Source: the human T2T-CHM13v2.0 reference genome, Homo sapiens. Taken from it: a DNA stretch of 64,000 nt. This document shows, piece by piece, positions 1 to 16,439 of the stretch. The translations under genes and the position numbers were made by a program. Within the stretch, counting starts at the first letter, position 1. Each line of letters begins with the position of its first letter. The notes below the pieces were generated by a model. That model was not told the origin of the DNA and ran no database searches. It saw only the letters and a program-made list of their open reading frames with translations. The DNA lies in the NCBI RefSeq assembly GCF_009914755.1, contig NC_060932.1; one strand, written 5' to 3'.

Positions 1-1134
1 GATTGGCCTAGGCTATAGTGAGCTGTGATGGTGCCACTGCACTCCGGCCTGAGTGCTAGAGCAAGACCGTATCTCTAAATAAATAACATTTTATCTTTAC
101 ATACTGCTTGGGCTGCATCCTATAAATTCTGACTCATAATAAATACAGTTGCCACTTAGTCATTTATTATGTAGTTTCCAAGTAGCTAATGGCATCTAAG
201 CACCATTTTGTGGTGAGTTTCACACTGAGTTGCATTTGCCTGGGCGCGTGTTCTGTGGTATGTTCTTTGGCATGTCTGTGACTCAGTTTGTGGCTTGACC
301 CAAGGCTGTTTCTTTGTTCCACATGTACTTGGAGAGAATATGCATTTTCTGTTGAATGTGGAGTCCTGCCTGCATCTGGGGGTTTCAGTTTATTGGCTAT
401 AGGCCTTTGGAATCTCTGCCTGCCTCTTTCCTTCCAGTTGGGGGAACCCTGAAGGAAGCTTCTAAACAGAGGCCTTGGCTGGCCCATGGATCAACTGCTC
501 ATCTCTGTACTGACCGGCACAAAGAGGGTATGGGGGCAGGTGGCCCCAAGAAGGCAGGGTGCCAGGTGGGCCCCCACAGGTCTCTGCCACCCAGTCTGCA
601 GCGAGGGAGGCAGGCCCTGAGGCATCCTTTGTGCAGGGACTTGAGGCTGGAAGGACACTGGCTGAGGACTGGACCTTGGAGCTTTCTGATGCAAAATGTG
701 CTTCGTTTGTGTCTATTCATCGTTGTTTGTTACCTTATTTTGTAACCACCCCTGCCTCTTGGAGCATCTCTGCTCTCTGAACTGAGGGACAGGCCCGGTT
801 CTGCTAAGTGAAGCTTGGGCTTCTCCTTCTCTTTCCCGAGTTCCAGGGGTAGAGGCGGACTGTCCTTTGCAGACTGTTTGGTGACAGGGTCGCCTGGAGA
901 TTGTGGGAGTCAGGTATCCCTTGCTGTCCAGCCACAGGAGGTGGACAGATCTGGACAGAAAGGGCTGCTGTGTCCCCAGATTCTCCCCACCCTCCACCCA
1001 CTCTCCCTGCAGGAGCTTGGCCTGTGCCTTGTAGCCCCCCTGCCCCTTTCCATTTGGAAACTGGGGAAGACTTAGCCCTGTGCTGCACACTTCCCGTCAT
1101 GCTGACACTGTTGTCTTCTCTGCCGCACACACAG

Positions 1135-1251
1135 CAGGATTCCTGGTTTTCAAGCCTGAGCTGATCTCTCGGCTGGAGCAGGGAGAAGAGCCATGGGTCC
1201 TCGACCTGCAGGGAGCAGAGGGGACAGAGGCACCAAGGACCTCCAAGACAG
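1135..1251 (+). CDS. ZNF7: ZNF7 KRAB-B coding exon
   Basis: Translates (A)[38 protein letters not shown], a KRAB-B box ([15 protein letters not shown]). Acceptor acag|CAG at 1134/1135. Donor ACAG|gtgagg at 1251/1252, phase 1, matching the 5167 exon. Confidence 0.95.
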
Positions 1252-1671
1252 GTGAGGCTTAGATCCCATCGCAGAGAAGCCCTGGGGTGAGGAGAAACTG
1301 CAGGAGGGGCCTCACAACTGTGGGTAGCTGTGGGTGAGTCACGGGGGCTACACTGGGATGCCTGGGAATGCTACTGGGGAAGCAGCATCCAGCACCTAGA
1401 AGGGAGCATAGACCCGTTGTGGGGCTGCCTTGGGAGAGGCCAAACTGCAGAAGAGCCAAGACACAAAAACCCATGCATTTCCACAAAAACGGAGCTTGTT
1501 TTTGAATCATGTCACATTTTGTTCTATTTTTAATTTTACTCATACTTTCGTTAAGCAAAGATACAAACCTATGGATCCAAGTGAAGGGTTAGGTTTGGCA
1601 TTCAGTAACCTCTCCTCGGGTAAGCATATTCCCTGAGGCAGCTCCCTTCAGACCCTCTCAGGCTCCAGGAG

Positions 1672-2110
1672 TGCATTACTTTCCTGTGGCTGCCATAACA
1701 ATGAACCACAGACTAGGAAGCTTAAAACAACAGAAATTTATTGTCTCACAGCTGTGGAGGCCGGAAATCTGAAACCGGGGGGTCAGCAAGCAGGGCCGTG
1801 CCCCCCTGTGAAGGCTTTAGGGAAGGATCCTGTCCTGCCTCTCCGGGCAGCTGGTGGTTTTCTGGCAGTCCTTGGGTTCCTTGGCTTGTGGATGCGTCCC
1901 TCACTCTGATCTCCGACTCCTTCACACGGCTGCCTTCTCCCTGCGTGTCTGTGTTCATGTGGCCATCTCCTTAGAAGGACACCAGTCATGGTGGGTTAGG
2001 GGCCACCCCAGTGACCTCATGGTGACTAATTAATCTGCAACGACTGTGTTTCCAAACAAGGTCACATTCTGAGGTGCTTCAAGTTAGGACTTCAGCCTAT
2101 CTTGGGGTCC
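1672..2110 (-). mobile_element. MLT1-family (MaLR) LTR remnant
   Basis: ttcctgtggctgccataaca...cttaaaacaacagaaatttattgtctcacag...aaggtcacattctgaggt are typical MLT1 motifs. Edges approximate. Confidence 0.7.
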
Positions 2111-2405
2111 TCAGCCCTAACCAGGGCACCCACTGCCTCCGGCATCAGCTCCTGCTGGGCAGGCGCCCGGCCTGGTGCTCTGCTCCCCTGCTTAGCCGGT
2201 GTGCTGCCCAGCATGACAAGGGAGATGGGTCTGCGTGCATCTCAGCTGCAGAAAGGAAGCCCCTCACCTCCCTTTCAGTTGCTGCTGGGTCATCACCGTC
2301 ACTCCTGCAGCAGGGCAGGACCAGGTCCTACAGAGGCCACCGGCTTGTAGGGGCCTCGGGAAGCAAGTTGGACAGTCCAAAGTTGTGAAAAGTAGGGGCC
2401 GTGGA

Positions 2406-3056
<651 letters not shown>

Positions 3057-3501
3057 AGGCAGCTTCAAAGGACAAGGAGGGTTTCTGAGCCTCTTCACGC
3101 CCTGTGGGCCTTGCAGCCGCCCAGGAAGTCTGCATGTGATGTGTGGGAAGAGTGGTCAGGAACCCTGGCCTCACTGGCTCTGCTGGCTACTCCCATGTGA
3201 TCCTTTCTGCTCAGTCTCCCTGAGAAGGAGGTTCAGCTATAAGGTGGCCCAGTTAAAACCCAGCCGCCCATTAAAATGTCTCCAACATGGACAGGAGCGT
3301 TTAAAGAGGGTGCCATGGCAGAAAAGCCAGCTACAGTTGGCAGAAATAGTTCAGTGGGTTTATATGTAGCAGGTGGTCCTCACTGTGATAAAGCAACAAC
3401 AAAAAAATAGAATCCCACAGTAGGTGAGAGCTGCTGTTGATGGACCCAGCACTTGCTCGCAGACCTGAGAGTCCGGGGCAGGGATGTAGCCTCTTAGATA
3501 A

Positions 3502-3972
<471 letters not shown>

Positions 3973-5138
3973 TGAAAGAGCAGGCATGCTGAGGTGGTGT
4001 GGTTGTGCAGGGAAAGCAGCACATGAGGACCAGGCCTGGAGATGCCTCCTGTCCTCACAGGCCTTGAGCATCCCTGCTACACAATGAGGTTGAAAGGGCT
4101 TCCTGCTCTGATTCTCCAGGACTGATAGGAAGACCTTTGGAGATCCCTGGAAGCCGGAGACTCACCACCAATGGTTAGGAGTGGGCAGGAACCGAAGCTT
4201 GAAGCCCTGTAACTGGGCTGTGCATTCATGTGGGGTAGACTCGGGCTGGTTATAGCTGTGGCTGCGTGGTTGTGGTTGTGAACGTGATTGTGTCGTGGTG
4301 GGGACCGTGGTTGTCATGATCATAGCCGTGTGTTGTGGTTGCATCCTGTCATGGTTTGATCACAGACATCAAGGAGATGTCTGACCTCAGCAGAGGTGCC
4401 CTCTAGGGTTACAGAGTAGGACAGAAGCCTGTGCTTACTTGGAGAGTCCAGAAGGAATGCAGATGTCTGGAAGGCCTCCCGGGGGCCTCCAGAAACTTGC
4501 AGCCCCAGGGAAGAAGTCAGTGTGGTCTTAGAGGTGGCCACGCACAGCCCAGGGAGAAGCAGGGGAGGTGGCCAGGTGCAAGTTGGCAGCAGCAGCCAGG
4601 AGGCAGCTGAGGGGGCTGGGTCCTGCTCAGAGAAGCCCACCCCAGGGAGTAGCCATGAACGGCCTAGGTGCCCAGTGCTCTTCTGAGCTCACGTAGTAAG
4701 TCCCTTGGCAGCTCTTCCAGCCTTGTTTCCTCATCACAATCCATGCTCTCCATTCAGAACTCAGACCCTGTACTGTTTCCTCGCCAGCTCGGATGCTGGA
4801 GCCCCTGACCCCGCAGCCCAATCCGTGGTAGCTTCCCACCCTTCCGGTCTTGCTTTGTCTCCTTTGCCTCTGCATGGACTGTGCCCCACACCAGTGCCTG
4901 TAGGATGGACCTCTCTGCTCACAGAACCCAGCCCCGCCCCAGCAATGAACATTCATTGCTATCGAATGAGTGAACAAGGTAAAAAGTATGAAACCACTTT
5001 TGAGAACTGTCAAAGGCTCTGCCTTCTCTTGCACGTTTCCACCTGGGGCCTCACAGTGCTCAGTGCAACTATCCTGGGAGCCTTGAGCCCTGGCCCCCGC
5101 ATTTGTAGTCTTATCATTTCTCTGAGCACAGGGCCTAA

Positions 5139-6980
<1,842 letters not shown>

Positions 6981-7010
6981 ACCACTTACATATAAATGTG
7001 TATATATGTG

Positions 7011-7016
7011 AATAAA
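7011..7016 (+). terminator. ZNF7: ZNF7 proximal polyadenylation signal AATAAA (a second one at 7479-7484)
   Basis: AATAAA 30 nt after the stop codon, followed by T-rich sequence. Confidence 0.7.
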
Positions 7017-7119
7017 CCTACAGCCTTAACTTACTTATTTTATATGGAATCGTTTATACTGACAAACATGTAGAATGTTGGTAAAGGTTCAGAATTGCTC
7101 TCAAGAATATCCAACTTCA

Positions 7120-7495
<376 letters not shown>

Positions 7496-8238
7496 TCAAA
7501 ATCAGGGTGCAGTCTGCAGTTTTGAGTTGACAGGTCCCTGTGAATGAGGAAGCAGCACAAGGAGGGCTCTACGAGCGCTGCTAGACTGAGTAGGTTAAAA
7601 TAATTTACCTAAACTCTTTTCCCTTAAGTATCAGTGGCTCACACTGGCTTCAACAATACGGAAATGCATTAGCTCATGTTGGAGGAGGTCCAGGAGTGCC
7701 TAGAATTCCAACTTCAAATTAGGTCCTTGTCTTAGAACTTAACCCAGCCACCCAGGACCAGAGGGCCCAGCCCTATCCCCTTCCTCAGAGAGGCAGGCTG
7801 GGCTAGCAGGTACACGCCATCATTACTGGTGTGGTTGGCATTTATGGAGCACATACCAGTGCCAGGCACAGAAGCAAGGTGTCACAGCAAGGTTCTGAGG
7901 TCACACTTGTGTCCCAGGGGCTTGCTGTGTGACCTAGGACATCATTGCCCTCCCTGAAACTCAGAGCCTTATTTGTGTATCTGAAAACATGCACTGTGAG
8001 AGGGTACTGAGAGGAAACAATGTAGAGAAACATGCCTTACTGGGCCTGTCAGAGAACGAGCACTCAAGCAAATGCAAGTACCAACCCCCCCATCCATGCC
8101 AGCATCTCCAGCACACCCGTGTGCGCACAGGCCCTGAGGCTGATGACTGTCTTGTACTGGCCTAGTTGCCCCACTTTTTTTTGGTAGGGGGGAACGCGGT
8201 GAGGAGGAAATAAAGACAGTGGAGAAAAAGACGAAAAT

Positions 8239-8531
8239 GGGCCGGGCGTGGTGGCTCACGCCTGTAATCCCAGCACTTTGGGAGGTCGAGGTGGGTGGAT
8301 CACGAGGTCAGGAGATCGAGACCATCCTGGCTAACACGGTGAAACCCCGTGTCTACTAAAAATACAAAAAATTAGCCGGGCGTGGTGGCGGGCACCTGTA
8401 GTCTCAGCTACTTGGGAGGCTAGGCAGGAAAATGGTGTGAACCTGGGAGGCAGAGCTTGCAGTGAGCCAAGATCACGCCACTGCACTCCAGCCTGGGTGA
8501 CAAGAGTGTGACTCTGTATCAAAAAAAAAAA
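8239..8531 (+). mobile_element. Alu (Y-like) followed by a purine-rich GGA/GA tract (8535-8850)
   Basis: Alu consensus; TSD acgaaaatgg on both sides. Confidence 0.92.
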
Positions 8532-9773
8532 CGAAAATGGGATGGAAAGAAGGTGGTTGGGAAACAAATATGGGGAGAAGAACCTGAGAAGGGGTGATGA
8601 GAGGGAGTGGGGAAAGAAGATACTGGGAAGAAAAGATGGTTGAGTGAAGAACTTGGGGTGAGAGTGGGTTAGGAAGAAGGTGGAGAGGGAGTGGGGAAAG
8701 AGGACTCTGGGGAGAACTTAGGGAGAGGAAGTGGGGAAAAACGATGGTAGGGAAAAGAACTTGAGCTGCAGTGGGGGTAGACCAGCAGACCACAGGGTGA
8801 AAGGACAGATGGGAGGAGAAACAGGGGCAGGGTCAGGGAGGAGAACCCCAATTGCCTTACTTTACAGGGGAGGCCACACAGGTCTGGATGTAATTTATGG
8901 TGCGGAACAGCTTTCCTTAAAACTCAGCCTGAAAGACTGCCAAGAACTGAGGGTCTGAGATTTTATTCTTTGTAGAAGCTCACGAGAAATCCTGTGGCCA
9001 TTCCACCTAGGAGGGGACGGCAGGCAGAATACTCACTGTGGTTGTCAGGGCCCTATCAGTTCCTTTTGCCCACCATTCCCATGACGCAGAGGCCCAGCAG
9101 GTGCAGGCACAGCTGAGAAACTCGGAGGTGAGGAGTGAGCCTGCTCTGTTGGGAGCTGGGGGGCCATTACCTCACCCCTCAGTTTTTTTTTTGCTGCTGA
9201 CACAACCTTGAGAAGTGGCCCAGGTGGAGCACGGTGGGGTTCTTGGCACATGCAGGAACATGGAGGGAGGCGTGGCTGATGGCAGGTGGCTTGCTCAAGG
9301 CCTGATGCTTTTTTGCTGAAATTGAATTTTCACGTGAATCTGCTGCTCAACCCTAATCTAACAGGCTGGGACCTTGTCCATTTGATTTTCTCACACAGCA
9401 TCTAATTAAGGCTGATATTCACAGGCATGAGGCCAACTGTAAGACCTCAACCCTGTCTCCACAGTCCTTGTCATTCAGGGGGAACCTGGAACTCCTGACT
9501 GGTGACCTCCCACCTGCCTCTTCAGGGGCTCCTCCCGGTGTACAAGGGTGATGGTGCTCTCCACAGCCATGGAGTCAGTGCATCCACTGTAACTGCCTCT
9601 TCTCCAGCCATGCCCTACTCACACCGGAACTTCTGTGCACGTGGAGTATGTGTGCAGTGTCCCTGCCTTGGGTCACGTGGCTGCTGAGAAGGGTCTTGGC
9701 AGGTAATGTGCTTAGCCAGGTGGTCACCTTCAGGTCTAGCACAGGGGTTGCTGTTGCTTTTTCTCTACTTCAG

Positions 9774-9973
9774 GCTTTCTGGGCCGCCCAACCATGGGAC
9801 AAGAGCCAAGGCACCCACATGCACCGCCTGCAACTCCTGTTCCTGGCCTTCCAAAACACTGCTCACAAAGACTGACCCTGCCTCCTCCTGGGCTCTCGTC
9901 ATCTCCTCTTGGCCACTTCCTGGTTCATGATCAGGACAGAAGGAGGGGAACGTCAGCCATATGGATGGTCTGA
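9774..9973 (+). CDS. ZNF7: Candidate ZNF7 alternative terminal coding exon (KRAB-only, finger-less isoform)
   Basis: Strong acceptor ttgctttttctctacttcag|G at 9773/9774. Joined in phase 1 to 1251 it reads GFLGRPTMGQEPRHPHAPPATPVPGLPKHCSQRLTLPPPGLSSSPLGHFLVHDQDRRRGTSAIWMV-TGA (66 aa). AATAAA at 11248-11253 and 11281-11286. Confidence 0.65.
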
Positions 9974-10467
9974 AAATTCCAGATTCTGTGCTAACCATAA
10001 TGCTGTGTTCTTTTCACTAACAGCAACCAGCCAAAAAGGGGCTGGGGTGCAAGCTTCATTCTGCTTCAGCACCTGGATTCTCTCTGGATTGACATGGTCC
10101 TAAGTCAGGGGCTGGCAAACCATTCGTAGCTTTTTACATTTCTGAATGGTTGGGGAGAAAATAAGAGACTTGTGACATTTGAAAACTATGTTAAAATCGA
10201 ATTTGACTGTGCACAGTGTCCCTGGGCTTGGTGATGCCCAAGCGTCTTCATGGAGCCTCTGGCGGCTTTCTTGCTGCAGCAGTGTTTACCACACCAGCCA
10301 AGTCACCTTGAACTTGGAAAATAACTTCATGCCCTCCAGCCACTGAAGGATTATTTTTCCTCTCAGCCCTTAGTGGTTTCTTTACCTAAATGTCACGGTA
10401 CAACTGAGAATAAGGCAGCTGGGTCAGTTCAATAGAAGTAAACCTAAAGTCCAACAATCCAGGTTAG

Positions 10468-10792
<325 letters not shown>

Positions 10793-12098
10793 GAGGAGGA
10801 GTCCTCTTCTAGCTGCACGATGTGGAAATGACACATCATGTCCATGGGGCAGCTTGCTGAGAGCCAAGGGTGTGAGCACATGACTTAAATTCAAGCTACT
10901 GCACAGCTTTGAGATCTGAGTATCACATGGAAGCATCCAGGTGGCCCCTGGCACACAGGCTGGTGGTTCTTTTGTGGAGAGGGAGAGAAGAGGGGCTGCT
11001 CATGGGGTAGTGCAGGTGCTAGAATATCCTGTTAACCTGTTCACACTGCACTGCAATTCGGGCTTCGGTAAGCTCATCTAAAGAGTTTCCAGGCCAGGCA
11101 CGGTGGCTCACGCCTGTAATTCCAGCACTTTGAGAGGCCAAGGAAGGATCACGTGACCCCAGGAGTTCAGAGACCACAGTGAGCTGTGATCGCACCACTG
11201 CACTCTAGCCTGGGTGACAGAGTGAGGCCCTGTCTCCACAATATATAAATAAAAACATTTTGGGTTTCTGTTTTGGAGACAATAAATTAAATCTATAACC
11301 TAGGCCTGGAATTGCTTTTTATCTCAACTATCAGAATAATCTTTCATTTATGACACTGAATTGAAACTATCTGGACCTTTCTGGAAGCTTCACAAAGTGA
11401 AGCAGAGCAAGGGCCGGGTCCAGGCCATTTTATAAATCCCGAAGTCCCCAGTGCATGCAGCTTGACTCAGAGCCCCAGAAATGTTTGCTGAATGAGTGAG
11501 TGATGCAGGTGGGGAGGCATCCAGGCTTTGAGCTCAGGACAGTGCCACAGGAGAGGGAAATCACCAGCAAGTTTCCACAGAGAACTAAGGCCAAGAAAAC
11601 CAAGGGAGTAATTTCCCAGATGCAGACATCCGTTCTCTGTGCAAGGCCTTGTGCAAGCCACGGGGACAAAGATGGACAGGGCTGGCCTCTGCCCTGGAGT
11701 CCAGGTCTAATGGAGACTGGCCACTGACAAGGATGGACAGGTGCTCTGTACTGGAGGGGTCCAGTGGGCTCATGGGGTTGGTGCCAACCATGCCTGGACT
11801 AAGAATGGTTTTTCAATGGAAAAAAATACTTTGTGACACATGAAATTAAAATTTCACGGCTGGGTGTGGTGGCTCATTGCTGTAAAACCAGCACTTTGGG
11901 AGGCCGAGGTGGGCAGATCACCAGAGCCCAGGAATTCAAGACCAGCCTGGGCAACGTGGCAAAACCCCATCTCTACAAAAAATCTGAAAATTAGCCGGGT
12001 GTGGTGTGGTGTGCCTGTGAGCCCAGGAGGTTGAGGCTACAGTGAGCCATGATCGTGCCATTGCATTCCAGACTGGATGATGGGGAGACCTTGTCTCA

Positions 12099-12406
<308 letters not shown>

Positions 12407-13989
12407 CTAAAATGTTTACTCTCTGGCCCTTTGTGGGAAGAGTTTGCTCACTGCTGAGTCAGAGGAAGTGGCCTCTAAGTCTGCTCCACGCTGTAGGGAT
12501 CTCAAGTCCAACTGGATCATGTCTGCCCTGATTAAAACCCCACTGCTCCCCCTTGCCCCAGTGGAATGACCAAAATCCTGTGTGTGGCCTTGAGGCCAGC
12601 CGCTGTCCCTGCACTTGATCCCCCATCCCTCAATCCCCTATACTCGGGCAGTGCCAGCCCCAGTCCCAGGAATGGCCCACTCCCCTGCCTATGTCTCATA
12701 AGCTGTCTTTTCATGGCTGTGTCTTGATTTGCCTGGGTCCCCGCTTGAGACAAGCCCAAGGGTTCACAGATGAATTGAGGCAAACACAGATTCCCAATGA
12801 GAGACGGCGAGAGGTCAGCCTGAGGACCGAGGGCAGGTCCATGCTCTGGGCTCCACACAGGCTTTGCTAAGCAGCTGGGAGAAGCAGAAGGATGGGGCTG
12901 TCCCTAAAGCTGCTGTTCCTGCAGGGCCAGGGCCAGTGAGTGAGAAAGGCAACATGGTCCCAGCTGCCCCAGCCCCATCCACATCTGGGGACAGAGAATG
13001 CAGGAAGTGGCTGGTCATATTCCTGATCCGATGACAGTGGGGGGACAGTGCCTTCGGGGAGAGAGAAGGGCTTTACCTGGAACTCAGTGAGGGTGGGACA
13101 AAGCTGAGTGATCGACCAGATGGCAGGACCCACAAGCATGCACCTTAGAGGGCACCTGGGCTCCTCCCAGAGTCTACTGACCCCACCCCCAGGTACTCCT
13201 CTGTACCCTGACATGTCAGAACTGCCCATGGAGGGATGAGGAAGAAATCCAGGCTAGTGGAGGAGACAACCCAAAAACTGCAGACAAGACAAACAGCCAA
13301 GCAACCCCAGGCACTCAAAGACAAGGGGAGGTTTCTCAGCAGAGAACAGACTAGACATGGTCCAGAAGTGCTCCACGGAGGCAGGAACAGTCAGCTGGAA
13401 CCCAGCTGACCGAAAATGGCTCTGCAGAGACCGAGCACCAAGGCCCCTCCTGGAACACAGTTATGCTGGAAGCTGCAAAGCTGGCTACAACCCCTGCACA
13501 CACCTGCCCTAGAGGCACCCGGGAGAGGTCCCTGCCACCAACTCCACCCTGGTGACAGCCTCTCTGCTGGGCTCCAGCCTCCTCCCTTGCACCCCTCCAC
13601 ACAGCAGCCAATCACCAGATCACGTCTCTCCTCTGCTGAAAACCCTCAGAAGGGCTCCTCTGTCACTCAGAATTGAGCCAAAGTCCTTAAAAGGCCCTCA
13701 GGCCTTGACCTCTGTACCCTCCCCAACGTCGCCTCCCCACAATGATCTCCACCTGCTTGGCTGCAGCCAGGCGGGCCTTAAGCACGTCAGGCCTCCCCAC
13801 ACTGGCCGCCTGGGCCCCGTCCTCCCCACCTTGTGCTGCTCCCCTCAGAGCGCTGCGCCCCCGGCTCCTTCAAGTCCTCGCTCAGATGTCACACCCTCAA
13901 GGAAGGTCGCCCCATCAGCACGCAGACCCCACCCTACTTGCTGCATCACACGCCATCCTCTGATGAGCTATTCCAGTTAATTTTTATGA

Positions 13990-13995
13990 TTTATT
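13990..13995 (-). terminator. COMMD5: COMMD5 polyadenylation signal (AATAAA on the minus strand), inside an L2-like remnant
   Basis: tttatt on the plus strand ~460 nt past the stop codon. Flanks (cagatcacgtctctcctctgct...actagaatgtcagctccatg) resemble the L2 3' end. Confidence 0.6.
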
Positions 13996-14458
13996 TTACA
14001 ATGTTTCCCCTCCCCTCAGCCGCACTAGAATGTCAGCTCCATGGGGTCAGGGATTTAAGGCAGAAGAGTGAAAATGCCCAACCTAAAACACAAGATCTAC
14101 AAAAGCACCTGGCTACATGGGGCCAGGCTGAGCAACTGTATGTTGTCTACAAAGGGCCTCAACCTGGCCTCACATGGCCACGTCCAGCACCAAAGACAAA
14201 TGTACAGGGAAGGGGAGGGTGTGAGGTCCAACACTCACCTAGAGAAACATGTTTTTAGCTGCTTTACTTCCAAAAAGAAAAAAAGGCATAGCTCTCTTTT
14301 TCAATTAAACAGAAAACTACATAATTACGTTCAAACACTCACTGAAGAGCCTGCCTCATGGGAAGGGCAGGGCTGTCGTGGGAAGAGTCAGCTGCACTTT
14401 GGCACCATCTCAGGTGCCTGTCCAAGCCGGATCTGAATGGGACTGGTCAAGTGAGGGG

Positions 14459-15133
14459 TCAGTCCTGCAGTCTGCGCTCACACCTCTTCTCCAGATCTGC
14501 CATCTCCTTTAGGACCAGGGCCACGCTGTACCGCAGCTCCTGGAACTTGGCTGTGGGGACCTCAAAGCGGTATGCTGACCCATCTGAAAGCTTCAGCTGC
14601 ATCAGGACGCTCGGCTGCAGGGAGCGAGCCAGGGCACTGGTGGAGATTGCTACATCCACCCGCCACCGAAAGTCAGCAACATGCGGCAGCCAGGCCCCCT
14701 GCTGCTGGGCCACAGAATCAAGGAGGGGCCGCTGGCTCCCAAATACCACGCTGGCCAAGTCCCCGACCAGGTCTTGGGGGATGCAGAGCTCCTGGAGCTG
14801 GTCCCTGAAGGTGTCAGGCTTCAGGCTGGTGGGGGGCAGACGGAGGGCCTGCTGGAGCAGTGTGTGCATGCCTGCCAGCAGGGCACCCAGCTGCTCCTCC
14901 GGCAGGTTGGCGCTGACCCCAAGACGCTGCACAGCCTCTCGGCAGTCCTCCCCCTGCAGGCTGCTGACCACAAACTTCAGCAACTTTCTGAACGTGCTCC
15001 TGTCTAGGTCCCCTAGTAGCCGGGCCATTGCTGCCACCTCTGGAGGAAGCTGGGCCCCCAAGAAACTCACTCGGCCACTGTGACTATCACCAGGATGATG
15101 CAGGTATGGAGTTGCAGTCCCCACAGCAGACAT
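14459..15133 (-). CDS. COMMD5: COMM domain-containing protein 5 (HCaRG), 224 aa, single coding exon
   Basis: ATG-initiated 224-aa ORF with the C-terminal COMM signature FRWRVDVAISTS...PSVLMQLKLSDG...FEV. Acceptor ccccactctag| at 15190/15191. Confidence 0.98.
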   Translation of the reverse strand: MSAVGTATPYLHHPGDSHSGRVSFLGAQLPPEVAAMARLLGDLDRSTFRKLLKFVVSSLQGEDCREAVQRLGVSANLPEEQLGALLAGMHTLLQQALRLPPTSLKPDTFRDQLQELCIPQDLVGDLASVVFGSQRPLLDSVAQQQGAWLPHVADFRWRVDVAISTSALARSLQPSVLMQLKLSDGSAYRFEVPTAKFQELRYSVALVLKEMADLEKRCERRLQD

Positions 15134-16439
15134 TGCTGCTGCTTCCTCTTTGATCAGCCAGCCCAGGAGGTCGGTCCCAGATGCAGATGCCTAGAGTGGG
15201 GTGGAGGAGAGAAGACCAGTGACTCTCACATCCTTTGGGCCAGCGAGTGAGGGTTGATATGGTCCCCATCATCAGCATGCTGACAGTGTGAACTACCAAT
15301 GACAGTCAGTGCTGCGGAGATGGCCCTGGAAGCAGGTGGCAGAGGGGTCCATGTCAGTCCCAGGAGGAGCGGAGGCCTCCCAGAGGAAGTGACATCTAAG
15401 GCATGAAGGACAAGCAGGAATTGGCAGAGAAGTAGGGGGCAGGGAGGAGGACCAGGAAACAGCACAAGTTCTCCAAGTAAATTAATAGATGAAAGAATGA
15501 ACTAGGGGAACGGTCCGGGGAACACAGGGACACTGCAGCTGGCGCCACAGACCACACTGAGACCATTTAACTATTCAATCTTGAATCCTTCACAACAGTG
15601 GGCAAGAAGAATTACCATTCTCACCTGACAGAGAGGGAGATAAGGCTCTAGGCCAGGTGCAGTGGCTCAAGCCTGAAATCTCAGCACTTTGTGAAGGTGA
15701 GGCCAGCGGATCGCTTGAGCCCAGGAGTTGGAGACCAACCTGGGCATCATAGCAAGACCCCGTTTCTACAAAAAATTTAAAAAACTAGCCAGGCGTGGTG
15801 GTGCACGTCTGTAGTCCCAGCTACTCAGAAGGCTGAGAGGACAGAGGATCCCTTGAGCCCAGGAAGTCGTGGCTGCAGTGAGACGAAATCGAGCCGCTGC
15901 ACTCCAGCCTGGACAACAGAGATGCTGTGAGGAAGGAAGGAAGGAACGAACGAATGGAGGGAGGGGGGAGGGAGGGGAGGCAGGGAAGAAGAAAAGAAAA
16001 GTAAAAAGAAATCAAAGCTCTAAACACAGCTGCCAAAGTCAAGGACTGAAGCCTAGACCTGTCTATTCAGAAGTCCCAGCTGTTTCCACCACAGCCCCAA
16101 CCCCCGGGCTGGAAGAGCTGAGCAACGGCTGGCAACAGAGGCAAGTGCGGCAACTAAAGAGGGTTCCGACGCACCTGAAGGAGCAGTGCAGCAGCACAAG
16201 CACCTGCTATGCCAGAGGAAACGCACGTGCCCACCTCAGCACACCAGGTACTGGAGCAGAGCTCAGCGGGGCACAGCTCCTGTCCTCGAGGCACTTGTCA
16301 GGCCACTCTGCACAGCGCTGGGGGAGCCCAGGAGCTCCCCACGGGCTTCACAGCGCCCCATTCTCCCTGGGAGTCAACGACCACCCACTGCCAACTCCTT
16401 CACCGTCCCGCCAGCACCAGGAGCTCCTTCCCACTCCAA

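Noticed and set aside
14358-15083. 241-aa ATG ORF antisense to COMMD5
   Set aside because: It shadows a GC-rich CDS, has no recognisable domain and has no evident promoter or splice support; likely a by-product.
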